Source: Candidatus Hydrogenedentota bacterium
GTDB lineage: Bacteria > Hydrogenedentota > Hydrogenedentia > Hydrogenedentales > SLHB01
NCBI GenBank assembly: GCA_963745075.1
Contig: CAVUWV010000013.1
Location: 32,001 to 96,000, forward strand
Length of the DNA stretch: 64,000 nt
Direction of reading: 5' to 3'
Numbering within the stretch: position 1 is the first letter of the stretch; every line of letters starts with the position of its first letter. This document shows, one piece after another, positions 31,291 to 41,057 of the stretch. The position numbers and the translations under genes were made by a program. The notes under the pieces are model-generated. The model saw only the letters and a list, made by a program, of their open reading frames with translations, searched no databases and was not told the origin of the DNA.

Positions 31291-32355
31291 ATGGTAGATA
31301 TCCACGTCTCATCGGATGAATTAAACAGTCCGCGTGTGGAAGAAATCATCGCCATTGAAAGTGCAGGCAAAAATCAAGACAGTGTTGCATTTCTTGAGGA
31401 CGTTGAAAGGCCGTTTCACGAAAATCCGAGCTTCTACTATAGCGTAGCGTCTGGGATCATGGCCTTTATCGCATGGATTATCGTGGAACCACTTATCAAC
31501 GAGGGACAGTATAGGAGTCCGTTCGTCGGCTTATTGTTCTTTATGGTTCCCGCAGCCTTGATCGGACTTGCTCTGGGCATGGTTTACGGGATATCCAACC
31601 GAAATCCGTCCCAAGCGGCGTACTGCGGTGGAGTAGGATTCGGCTTGGGAATTCTACTCGCTATTCCAACAAGTCTCCTCGGTGGGTTTGTTTACGCAGA
31701 TAGGTTCAGCGTTTGTGTTTTCTTTAATCGATACGCCAATCGCAAGCATTCGCGATTTTCCTTCCAGTAGCCTTCGTGATTCAGATGTGTACTCGATCTT
31801 GTGCCTGGGCAATCGTGGCAGCCGCAGCTAGCCTACCACTTGAAATCGCTTCTGAGAAGCAAGAAACTGGCGGGAGTAGGTCTCATGGGCGGCATTGTTG
31901 GAGGAGCTGCTGGAGGACTCTTATTTCGATCCGGTGTCTTTTCTTTTTATGCCAAATGCCACAGAAGCGTGGCTAAGCCGTATGGTCGGGTTAAATGCAG
32001 TCGGCCTATTGGCTGGCTTATTCATCGGCTACATCGAGAACTTGGCGCGGGTGGCGTGGCTGCGAGATTGATGCGCGGGCCTTTAGCCGGCAAACAGTTT
32101 AATCTTTACAAAAGCCCGATGATTATTGGCTCTACTCCACGAGCAGACATATATCTCTTCAAAGACCCTAGTATTTCACCCGAACACGCCTCAATTACTA
32201 TCACTGGATCCAAATTCTTGTTGACCGACATGAACAGTCAATCCGGAGTATTCGTAAATGGTAGGCGTATTACTAAATGCATTCTCCAAAAGGGAGACGT
32301 TGTGACCTTAGGTCAAACGGTGCTCAAGTACGACGATCGAGAAAAGAGGGGGTAA
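31291..32355 (+). CDS. polytopic membrane protein with C-terminal FHA domain (about 5 small indels)
   Basis: Gly-rich TM helices stitched across frames (GGLLF|DPV...AWLSRMVG...IENLARVAWL|RLMRGPLAGKQF); FHA motifs IGS, SPEHA, DMNSQSGVFVNG. Confidence 0.8.
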
Positions 32356-32362
32356 TACGGCT

Positions 32363-33099
32363 TTGCCAGCGATTAAGTTCCGGTGTCCGTCGTGTGGGAA
32401 GACGATGCGAGCACCAATCGAAAGGGCTGGTTCCAAGGGTAAGTGTCCTGACTGTCTTTCCCCTATAGTTGTTCCAAGGCCAGTGTTCCAAGCAGTAGAA
32501 CGTCCTTTTGCACAGCCGAGTTCTTCTGCCCCCGGGAACCGGTTTCTAATCGGACTCTGCCTGAGCGAATGCGTGCGAATCGTACCATCGCGGGAGAATA
32601 TGTCCTCAATGCCACACCGAGATCGAGTTTAGGGGATCCCATCGTCAATTGCAGGGACTGCGACGTTAGCTCCCACGAACATTGTTATGAACGGGTTGGT
32701 AGCTGTCCGAACGTCGAATGTCGCTCGCAATCAAATCCGCCACCTACACCCGCAAGCGGAACGCAGCAAATAGCACAAACAGCACCGGAACTTTCGGGAC
32801 CCACAATATCCTGCCCATATTGCGGTGAAGCCATAATGGCCACCGCGAAGAAATGCAAATATTGTCAGGAATGGCTCGACGAATCTCTCCGAAAAATTAA
32901 TGAGCGGATGGGTAAGAACGAGGACGACAACATGACGGCGGTTAACGTCCTGTTGTGCGTCTTCTGCTCAGGTATCGGCTGCGTTATGGGATTGATTTAC
33001 GCAATACAAGGCAAAAAGAAGGGGTGGAAGATGATGGTGTTAAGTATTGTCATTTCCTTCCTCTTCAGTCTGCTGAGAGCTATTATGGAGGAGTCGTAG
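32363..33099 (+). CDS. Zn ribbon plus prokaryotic RING-like finger, double Zn ribbon and 2 TM (about 3 indels)
   Basis: CPSC..CPDC; stitched CPQCHTEIE|GDPIVNCRDCDVSSHEHCYERVGSCPNVEC; CPYC..CKYC; hydrophobic C-terminus. Confidence 0.75.
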
Positions 33100-33102
33100 C
33101 CA

Positions 33103-33719
33103 ATGGCAGCGCCTAGTAATAAACCACACAGAGCTGGTCGGCGCGAGGCAGGACAAACCTGCCTTATCTGTCACGTACCGATCATTATTGGCGAATGGCT
33201 CACCTCATGTTCATCATGCAAGCTCCACTACCACCTCGAATGCTGGAATGAGAACGGTGGCTGCGCTCAGTACGGTTGCGACCAGGCTCCCGATGCAGAG
33301 CAATATGAAACGAATCAATTCCAGTCAAACGTGTGGGCCGAGGACAAGACGTGCCCAACTGCCATCAACGCATCAAGGCCGTGGCACTGAAATGCAGGTT
33401 TTGTGGGACGCTATTTGAAACGAGAGACTATGTCTCACAAGACGATTTCGCTAAACGTGAATATCGAGACCGAGAATATACGTTTGCACGAAATGCTCTC
33501 GTCCTTTTGTTTCTTCTCTCGATTACCGGATGTCTCAGCCCTGTCGCATTGATATTGCACCTCATCCTACGCTACGGCGGCCGTCTGGGTAGCAAGCTCG
33601 AGTTTAACCGATTTCCAGATGAACTCAAGGCCCTGAACCTGATAGGGCTCGTAATGAGTGGCGGACTTGTGGCTTTGGGCTTTCTTGCCTTATTGCTTCA
33701 AGCCTCACAGAGTATCTAA
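33103..33719 (+). CDS. prokaryotic RING finger plus Zn ribbon and TM helices (frameshift near 33355)
   Basis: CLIC-x12-CSSC-x4-HLEC-x6-CAQYGC, then CPNCHQRIKAVALKCRFCG and hydrophobic segments in the next frame. Confidence 0.8.
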
Positions 33720-33767
33720 AGCGGAGATGTTGAAGTTACATGGTGGCTTCGGAAGCAAGAGCTGAAC

Positions 33768-35014
33768 ATGAAAGGTGAGACCTGCCCAGCATGTGGTCGA
33801 TGCTTTGAGGTCGGTGAAGTTGGTTTCCACTTGCGAAGAGTGCCTCGCTGTTTATCATGTGCTGTGTTGGGAATCCGCGGGGGGGTGTGTCAACTGTTTC
33901 TCGGCCTGCTTCAAGCCCAGAGCACACTATAAAGTCCGAACCGGACCTTGTGATCTATGGATACGAAGCGCGTATGGCAAAACCACCTCCCCCTGGTATG
34001 CCCGTCCGACCAGCGGAAGAAGTCGCGGCGGAATTCGCGCCAAGGTCTTCGGTGGCGGGTAAGTGGCTGACCGGGGTAGCTGTATTCGCAGCGGTCCTGT
34101 CCGTAATGGCAATTCCAGGAGCCATTAGTGAGAACCTTCCCATGGTATTCGTGGGCGTTGTTTCGGCGGTTGTCGGAATCACGGTTGGAATCGCGGCTGC
34201 AATTCTCGCATGGACACAACATAGGTTTTGCCCTCTGTCCGTTGGTTCGGTGGTGATAAGTTGCTCAGTAATACTTGTGACAGGATTCGTGAGTGATCAT
34301 GTGTCAAGGGAAGATTCCCTATACGGTACAGGTATCACGGAACTGGAAAACTCGCAACTAACCGAAGCGCAACTTGCGAATCTTCCTGCTCCAATCGCCA
34401 ATGCCTTGCGGGCAAATGTTCTTATAGTGCATAAACGTCTCACGGAGACGACTTACGGGTCCGGAACGATTACTCGTGTCGCAGAGGGAAAAGTCTATAT
34501 ACTGACAAACAGACATGTATTGGGGGACGGCCAAGTCACAATTCACTTCTACTCTGGACAGTCTACCCGTGGTGAGATCGTATGGTTGGCACCGGGAGAC
34601 ATTGATCTTGCGTTTGTTGTATGTCACGCCGAGACAAACGTCGATTTTCCGGGCATTACAGTTCTTGATGGTCAAATGAATCCTGGCAATGGCTCCTTTG
34701 CCGTCGGCAATCCGATGCATCTGCCATGGACTTACACGAATGGCGCAATTTCTTCTGTTAGGTCTAGACAATACGGCGAACGGACGCTGTACGTGTACCA
34801 AACGCAGACTCCGATAAATCCTGGAAGCAGCGGTGGCGGGCTATATTCGGAAGACGGCGTATTGATCGGAGTCAATACCTGGACAGAAGATAAAGCTGTT
34901 TCTGAAGGTATTAACTTCAGCATTACAACAATGAGTCTTCTCGATTTGCTGCGTGAGGAGGAACTTCATCGTTTTATACGTGAAATCGCTACAATTGGCC
35001 AAGTAGAGGCATAA
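33768..35014 (+). CDS. prokaryotic RING finger plus 3 TM and trypsin-like (S1) serine protease (2-3 indels; start may be 33740)
   Basis: Stitched CPACGRCFEVGE|LVSTCEECLAVYHVLCWESAGGCVNC; catalytic triad TNRHV, DIDLA, NPGSSGG; no PDZ domain. Confidence 0.8.
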
Positions 35015-35050
35015 GGTGCTCGAACGAATAAGTGTGGAGATCTAGATCCT

Positions 35051-35934
35051 ATGAGCGTGCGTCTCAGACGGCTTACGTCAGATTATGAGAGAGTCCGAAC
35101 ACTATTTCAGGACAATCAACGGATTTGTTTAGTGGAAAAGACTGGGAAGCCGCCGGAGTACTACGTGTTTCAGTATCACGTGAGGAGTCTGCAGCAGGAC
35201 ATCGATTCAGGAACGTTACGGTGGGCCAACTCTTTTCGAGTTGAGATAAACTTACCAGGAACATACCCTCGCACATCTCCGCATTGCCGGGCGATTACAC
35301 CCGTGTTTCATCCGAATATCGCACCGCACTCCATCTGTATTGGCGACCATTGGGCCGCCGGTGAGTCCCTGGTAAACTTAATTGTTCGCATTGGCGAGAT
35401 GCTTGCCTATCAGTCGTACAACGTCAAAAGTCCTCTAAATGGAGATGCGGCACAATGGGCTGAAAAGAACAAGTCGCGTCTTCCGGTTGACCGTTTCGAC
35501 TTTTCCTCCTTACTTGCAAGAGGCGAAGTTTTGCGCGCCCACGAAGATCAGGTCAGCGGAGTATGCGCGAACTGCGGTCTCGAGGGGAGGGAGCTAAACT
35601 TCAGGTCTGCGTAAGTGGGCACACGACCTGCGAGGCTTGTCTGATACCCTGTGGACGATGTGGAAAACCAATGTGCATGGCCTGCGAGTTGATGAAATGC
35701 GATGTATGTGGTCAACCAACGTGCCCCCAATGCAGGGTGCGGTGCGCGATGTGCGGTAGCGTTGTATGCACTGATGACGCCACGCGGTGCAAAGTGTGCA
35801 AGGGGATTTATTGCCGTAATTGCTTGGTTAGGTGTTTCCGGTGCGGGTTTATCGTATGTATCAATCATATGAATAAGGTTAGGGACCCAGATGGCGAAAA
35901 GAAATTCGTTTGCAGTGTGTGCGGAAGCGATTGA
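35051..35934 (+). CDS. E2 ubiquitin-conjugating enzyme fused to Cys-rich Zn-binding repeats (frameshift near 35585)
   Basis: MSVRLRRL, YPRTSP, FHPNIAPHSICIGDHW (HPN plus catalytic Cys), SPLNGDAA; then CANC and five C-x2-C-x4-C-x2-(C/H/D) units. Confidence 0.88.
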
Positions 35935-35938
35935 CAAC

Positions 35939-36418
35939 GTGAGATTTGCCGACCCCGTACCGGGGGTGCGCAATCTGTCAAAGATTTTGCCGTTTACGTG
36001 GCAAGTCGAGCACAAAGCCTCGTCTCACTTAACTGCCATTATTCTGTTTGCATGTTTCGTTGGCTTTCCCTTCCTGTTGAATATTGAACAGCCCAACGGT
36101 ACGCAGGATAGTTGTGTGTCAATCGGTGGTCTGCAACTGCCCCGAATTTGCATGAGCCAAAGCTTGTTTGGAGTTCGGTGTCCAGGATGTGGTCTCACAC
36201 GGTCATTTGTCGCGCTAACTCACGGCGAATGGGCTGCCTCAATCCAACATCATCGACTAGGACCGGTGGTGTACCTGTACTTTGTCGCGCTGATCCTCTT
36301 TCATGCTTACGGTTTATTTGCACGTGCTCGGCCCTTGCCGCGGGGGCTGGTGTACGGTCACCAGATTGCCGCCTTAGTTCTAATTGGGGGGTTGTTCTTG
36401 ATTTGGGCGTTCCAGTAA
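35939..36418 (+). CDS. DUF2752-family membrane protein
   Basis: C..SQSLFGVRCPGCGLTRSF motif with flanking TM helices; start uncertain. Confidence 0.8.
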   Translation: MRFADPVPGVRNLSKILPFTWQVEHKASSHLTAIILFACFVGFPFLLNIEQPNGTQDSCVSIGGLQLPRICMSQSLFGVRCPGCGLTRSFVALTHGEWAASIQHHRLGPVVYLYFVALILFHAYGLFARARPLPRGLVYGHQIAALVLIGGLFLIWAFQ

Positions 36419-36545
36419 GGCGCATCAGAACACGTTGTTGGTCCGCGGTACGAAGACTCTAGGTATCGTCGAGTACGAGTACGAGACCGAGTAGGAAGTA
36501 CGATTAACAGGACCCGAAAAGAGTTAATTTGCTCTAGCGTTACGG

Positions 36546-37697
36546 CTACTCGACCACCTGCTCGAATACCGCAAAATCGCCCGGATTCCACGCTTGCGCG
36601 ATGATGTAGAGTTTCCCGTCGAGAATGATCCCCGTGGCATTGTGGACGTGCTGGAAATTCTCCAACCCGAGTTCGGCCTTCGGCATAATGGTCGAAACCA
36701 CCTTTTCGTCTTCGAGGATGTAGATCGGCGCGCCGAGGTCGCGGTTCGGGCCGTGTAGGCAACCGACGATCATGTACGGACCCACATAGTCGACGTCACA
36801 GGGGAAAGCACCGGCCGGCACGTTCACGGTATCGCGATACTGGCCGAAACGCGTGAACCGCTCCAGCTCCGCATTGGGGCGATCCGAGACCACGAGGCGT
36901 TTCCGATCCGGCGAGACGGTGATTCCATGGCCCGTGCCGAACTGGCCGGGCGCGTCGCCTTTTCCGCCGAACACCAAGTCGTACCAATGGGACGCGAAGG
37001 GTTTGGTCGAGTCGATTTGTGCGGTCAGCACGTAATCCAAGTCCGAGTAGCCCGTCGTGATGTAGTAGAGCCCATTCAACTGCTCCACGTCGGTGGGCAC
37101 GAACTTTCCGCCGCCCGCGAAGTAGCCGTCCACCGTCGGTTCGTCGAAGCTGTGGCCGGTCGGCGTATCGAGGGTGTTGACCAGCTTTCCGTCCAACGTC
37201 GTCGTAAACACCTTGCCCGCGTCGTTGGCCGGGAAGACCAGGAACGGCGTGCCGTCCGGGTCGTACCAGATGGTGGTGTTGTGCTCGTTCGTGTCGCGCA
37301 CTTCGGGCGCCGTATCCAGGAGTTCCGTCGAGGCCAGGTCGGCGCTCATCTTGATGATGCCGGCCCCGGGCAACGCGAAATAAGTTTGGCCATAGCCTTC
37401 CCGACGATCCACGGCGAACCCGCCGTGCGCTTTCACGAGCACCTCGATGGCTTGCGCGGGTAGATGGTCGCTCGTGTACAGCACGCGGAATTTCAATTTG
37501 CCCTGCCCGCTGACCGCCGGCTCTGCACCGGTCCGCACCGCCGCCAACGGGAGCAGGTGCTGTGATACGTGGGACGCGACTTGTACGGCGGCGTCGTGAT
37601 CGTGATCGCCGTGGCCGGGATGGGCGAAGGCCGGAACGGCCACACCCATCGCTAACATCACCGCGACAAGCACAGAAATGCTGAATGAACGGAACAT
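36546..37697 (-). CDS. exported NHL/beta-propeller protein (PAM lyase-like)
   Basis: Signal peptide ending AFA then HPGHGDHDH; PTDV, GQFGTGHGI, SDRPN, FQHVHN motifs. Confidence 0.65.
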   Translation of the reverse strand: MFRSFSISVLVAVMLAMGVAVPAFAHPGHGDHDHDAAVQVASHVSQHLLPLAAVRTGAEPAVSGQGKLKFRVLYTSDHLPAQAIEVLVKAHGGFAVDRREGYGQTYFALPGAGIIKMSADLASTELLDTAPEVRDTNEHNTTIWYDPDGTPFLVFPANDAGKVFTTTLDGKLVNTLDTPTGHSFDEPTVDGYFAGGGKFVPTDVEQLNGLYYITTGYSDLDYVLTAQIDSTKPFASHWYDLVFGGKGDAPGQFGTGHGITVSPDRKRLVVSDRPNAELERFTRFGQYRDTVNVPAGAFPCDVDYVGPYMIVGCLHGPNRDLGAPIYILEDEKVVSTIMPKAELGLENFQHVHNATGIILDGKLYIIAQAWNPGDFAVFEQVVE

Positions 37698-37950
37698 ACC
37701 AGGACCTCTCCCTCGGTTGGTTTGCCTTGCAAGCGCAAAGTATGGCAGGAATCGGTCGAGGCAGGCAAGTAGAAACACCGAAAGGCGGACGGTGTGCGGC
37801 TCGATTGATGACATCGCCGAGGGATATCTTGAACGCGACATGCAAAACGCAGTAGAACGTGGGACACATCCTGGCCGCCGCGGTGGATCGAATTCATTGG
37901 GCGGCTAACGATCGAGGCGAAATCGGTTGGATACTGGAAAGGGTACAGAC

Positions 37951-38898
37951 GTGACGACAGTCAATCTGGTCACTGGTGGCGCGGGATTCATTGGATCCCA
38001 CCTCTGCGAGGAGTTGTTGAAGCGTGGGGAACAGGTGTTGTGTCTCGACAATTTTTTCACGGGGCGCAAGCGGAACATCGAACACTTGATCGAGAATCCC
38101 CATTTTGAACTCATCCGCCACGATGTTACTGAACCGATACTCCTCGAAGTCGACCAGATCTATAACCTAGCGTGCCCGGCTTCGCCGATTCACTACCAGT
38201 ACAACCCCGTCAAGACCATCAAGACCAACGTCATGGGCGCGCTCAACATGCTGGGGCTGGCGAAGCGCGTCGGTGCCCGCATCCTGCAGGCATCCACGTC
38301 CGAGATATACGGCGATCCCGAGGTGCATCCCCAGCCCGAGTCCTATTGGGGCAACGTGAACACTATCGGTGTGCGCAGTTGCTACGACGAAGGCAAGCGC
38401 GTCACCGAGACGCTGTTCTTCGACTATCACCGCCAGAACAACGTGGATATCCGCGTGGTGCGCATCTTCAATACCTACGGACCGAAGATGCTGGTGAACG
38501 ACGGCCGCGTGGTGAGCAACTTCATCGTCCAGGCGTTGCGCGGCGAACCGATCACGATCTACGGCGACGGAAGCCAGACGCGGTCCTTCTGCTACGTCAG
38601 CGATCTCGTCGACGGGTTGATCCGGATGATGGACGTGGATGGATTCACCGGTCCCGTAAACCTTGGAAACCCCGGCGAGTTCACCATCCGCCAACTCGCG
38701 GACGAGGTGCTCCGCCTGACCGGCAGCACGTCCGAACTCAAGACGATGCCCTTGCCAGCCGATGACCCGACCCGGCGTCAACCCGTCATCGACTTGGCCA
38801 AGGAACGCCTCGGCTGGGAACCGACCATTCCTCTGTCCGAAGGGTTGCCCCGCACCATCGAGTATTTCGAACGCGTTGTGAAAGCGGAGAGTGGGTAG
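37951..38898 (+). CDS. UDP-glucuronic acid decarboxylase (UXS-like NAD-dependent epimerase/dehydratase)
   Basis: [39 protein letters not shown]. Confidence 0.93.
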   Translation: MTTVNLVTGGAGFIGSHLCEELLKRGEQVLCLDNFFTGRKRNIEHLIENPHFELIRHDVTEPILLEVDQIYNLACPASPIHYQYNPVKTIKTNVMGALNMLGLAKRVGARILQASTSEIYGDPEVHPQPESYWGNVNTIGVRSCYDEGKRVTETLFFDYHRQNNVDIRVVRIFNTYGPKMLVNDGRVVSNFIVQALRGEPITIYGDGSQTRSFCYVSDLVDGLIRMMDVDGFTGPVNLGNPGEFTIRQLADEVLRLTGSTSELKTMPLPADDPTRRQPVIDLAKERLGWEPTIPLSEGLPRTIEYFERVVKAESG

Positions 38899-39308
38899 GC
38901 GTCCGCCGTAAAATGGGTGATCGGGAGTGCGCCTATCCACTCGAGAGGCAATCGCATCGAGCGGAAGGTTCAACTTCGGCTTTTCGGCGGACCAGCCGCC
39001 AGCGCCGTACCCCTGGTTGCATTCCTGGGCACTACCGTCGCCCTCGTCATCGGTTGCGTGCCAACCGGGACTGATTGTTGGCGCCATGCTCGGCATCTCC
39101 GGGAATGCTGCTCGCTCCGCGGTCACTTCGTGGATTGTGCTATCGTGCCGGTTGTTCCGTGGGCGCCGGAGGTGGTTTACGCGTTCTCCCCGCTCGTGTT
39201 TCTTCCGCTAATTATTGTGGCGATATGGACGCAGTACGGCACGAAATCGGGCTAGGGCAGTTTAATGGCGTCTTTCGATACCGGTTAAGTTACACTTTGA
39301 TTCACGTG

Positions 39309-39369
39309 GCCGAGCTGTCGTGTGGCGCCTCGCCTGCATCTTCGGTTGCACATGTACTATCCCATCGCG
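39309..39369. repeat. 61-bp element; a second copy is interrupted by IS630 (42215-42238 plus 43418-43455)
   Basis: GCCGAGC.GT.GTGTGG...TGCA.CTTCGGTTGCAC.TGTACTATCC..TCGCG is shared; about 50 of 62 positions identical by hand alignment. Confidence 0.75.
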
Positions 39370-39463
39370 TTCCCCTTGTGGTCCGATCCATTGAAAAATC
39401 CGTTAAGAGAAAATTCCTTGGATTTCCTCATGTCGGACTAATAGAATTGGACCCGGTATTTTC

Positions 39464-39691
39464 CTAATTCCCCTGGGAGGGTGGGTTCTCGTTTACATTG
39501 TCGCCATTCACGACAATTGAATTCGGATCCTGATTTAACAGCTTTTGCGAACGCATTTCGGCAGCTTCGGGACTGCTGTCGATTTCGTTGGATTGCTTTT
39601 GCTCCGGACTGCTGGATCCTCCGCAGCCGATAGCTCCCATCCCGGCCGCGAGTATCAACGCGCCCGTAAGAACTCTGTGTAGTTTTGACAT
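39464..39691 (-). CDS. small lipoprotein downstream of the DUF1559 gene
   Basis: Signal peptide with lipobox-like AIGC; hydrophilic body; typical position after DUF1559. Confidence 0.7.
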   Translation of the reverse strand: MSKLHRVLTGALILAAGMGAIGCGGSSSPEQKQSNEIDSSPEAAEMRSQKLLNQDPNSIVVNGDNVNENPPSQGN

Positions 39692-39741
39692 CGGTATTGA
39701 TCCTGACTAATTCTGCCATTCGCCTAACAACTCAAGATCGA

Positions 39742-39770
39742 CCTGGATCGCCTCATAGAGGCGATCCAGG
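39742..39770. terminator. strong hairpin between DUF1559 and the lipoprotein gene
   Basis: CCTGGATCGCCTC-ATA-GAGGCGATCCAGG perfect 13-bp stem. Confidence 0.5.
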
Positions 39771-39790
39771 CCTTTGTTCTATCTCCAAGA

Positions 39791-40771
39791 CTATTGAAAC
39801 GCCGCCGCCAACGGATTCGATAACGGAGAATCGTTGTTAGAATATTTCGAGAAGGAGACGTGCCCATCAAAGTACAGAATATTAGCGCCACCTGGAACGT
39901 GATTAAATTTTGATACCGATAACGTCTCGCGGTCCCACATCAGGACGATGGAACTTTGCGATTTCGCCGAACCCGCCGGGTTGTTGATATCGGTTATCAA
40001 GAACCGTTCAATTCCTTCGCGAAGCCGATGGATGTCCGTTCCTTTCCCCTTCATTTTGTTGTCGTTGGGGTCTGGAAAGAGGCCAACTTGAATGCTGGCC
40101 ATCGAGGCGGACGCTGCGCCGCCGCCCACTGCGTTAAAGAACGCGGTGAGACCGGCTTGCCCACCGCCGAGCAAGCCGTCGTACGAATCGATCGTCGCGG
40201 AAATGGCGGAGTCGCTCAAGTCGAAATCGGGCTGCTCCGGGTGCATTGGGTCAGGGGGTGTGCCGAGCACATTCTTTTTCGCGAAATTATACACCGCTAC
40301 CAAATGACCTGGTGTACCAAGTAGATAACCGCCGCCCCATCGGTACCCCCGGGCATCAATCTGCATCGGGTCGATGACATCGGGGTTTGTGGTGCTGCAC
40401 CACCGGCCACCCGGACATTCGATATTATCGCTCGGCTGGTTTTCGGATTCGCCATTGGACGGGCAAAACAGTACATTTAAGTCGGTAAGATATTCTGGGA
40501 ACAAATCATACATGTGCGGAATTGTCGCTTGCCATTCACCGGTCCCGCTGTCGCACCCGGGGCACCATCGCGTGGGGGGGAGCTTTTCGCCTTTGCTCTC
40601 GTTGGTGAACATTTTAAACACCAATCCCATTTGCTTAAGATTGTTCTGGCAGCTTGCCCGTCTGGCAGCCTCCCGCGCCCTGGCCAATGCTGGCAGTAAG
40701 ATTGCCGCCAGGATCCCAATGATGGCAATTACAACCAGGAGTTCGATTAGCGTAAACCCTTTTCGTTCCAT
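39791..40771 (-). CDS. DUF1559 protein with prepilin-type N-terminal methylation site and H-X9-DG motif
   Basis: [59 protein letters not shown]. Confidence 0.93.
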   Translation of the reverse strand: MERKGFTLIELLVVIAIIGILAAILLPALARAREAARRASCQNNLKQMGLVFKMFTNESKGEKLPPTRWCPGCDSGTGEWQATIPHMYDLFPEYLTDLNVLFCPSNGESENQPSDNIECPGGRWCSTTNPDVIDPMQIDARGYRWGGGYLLGTPGHLVAVYNFAKKNVLGTPPDPMHPEQPDFDLSDSAISATIDSYDGLLGGGQAGLTAFFNAVGGGAASASMASIQVGLFPDPNDNKMKGKGTDIHRLREGIERFLITDINNPAGSAKSQSSIVLMWDRETLSVSKFNHVPGGANILYFDGHVSFSKYSNNDSPLSNPLAAAFQ

Positions 40772-40964
40772 GTTTTTGCCCTTTCAATCAGTAGTAGTGA
40801 AATATATGAGAACACAACAATACCGCATTAAATTATCGATGCCTATAATTCATTCTAAATCATTGTGGTCCTTCTGTCAATATTCGAATTTCAAGTTTTG
40901 TATGTGGCGTACTTTTATGGTAAATATGTAATATGTAATAGTTTACGTTTGTCTGTGTTGTATC

Positions 40965-40993
40965 TTGACAATAGTGGCGAGATCTCGTATCGT
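40965..40993 (+). promoter_or_regulatory. sigma70-like promoter of the LacI gene
   Basis: TTGACA-17 bp-TATCGT, with a CGAGATCTCG palindrome in the spacer. Confidence 0.45.
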
Positions 40994-41057
40994 TCGGCCG
41001 AAAAAGAATTATCGATAATTGTCATACAGGAACGATCAAGCTGAAGGGAAGGTACCA

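Noticed and set aside
30840..35600. Programmed ribosomal frameshifting as the cause of the split genes
   Set aside because: Shifts go in both directions, are numerous, and lack consistent slippery heptamers or stimulatory structures.
38917..39255. 112-aa ORF after the UXS gene
   Set aside because: No motif or clear RBS; only a hydrophobic C-terminus, which is insufficient support.
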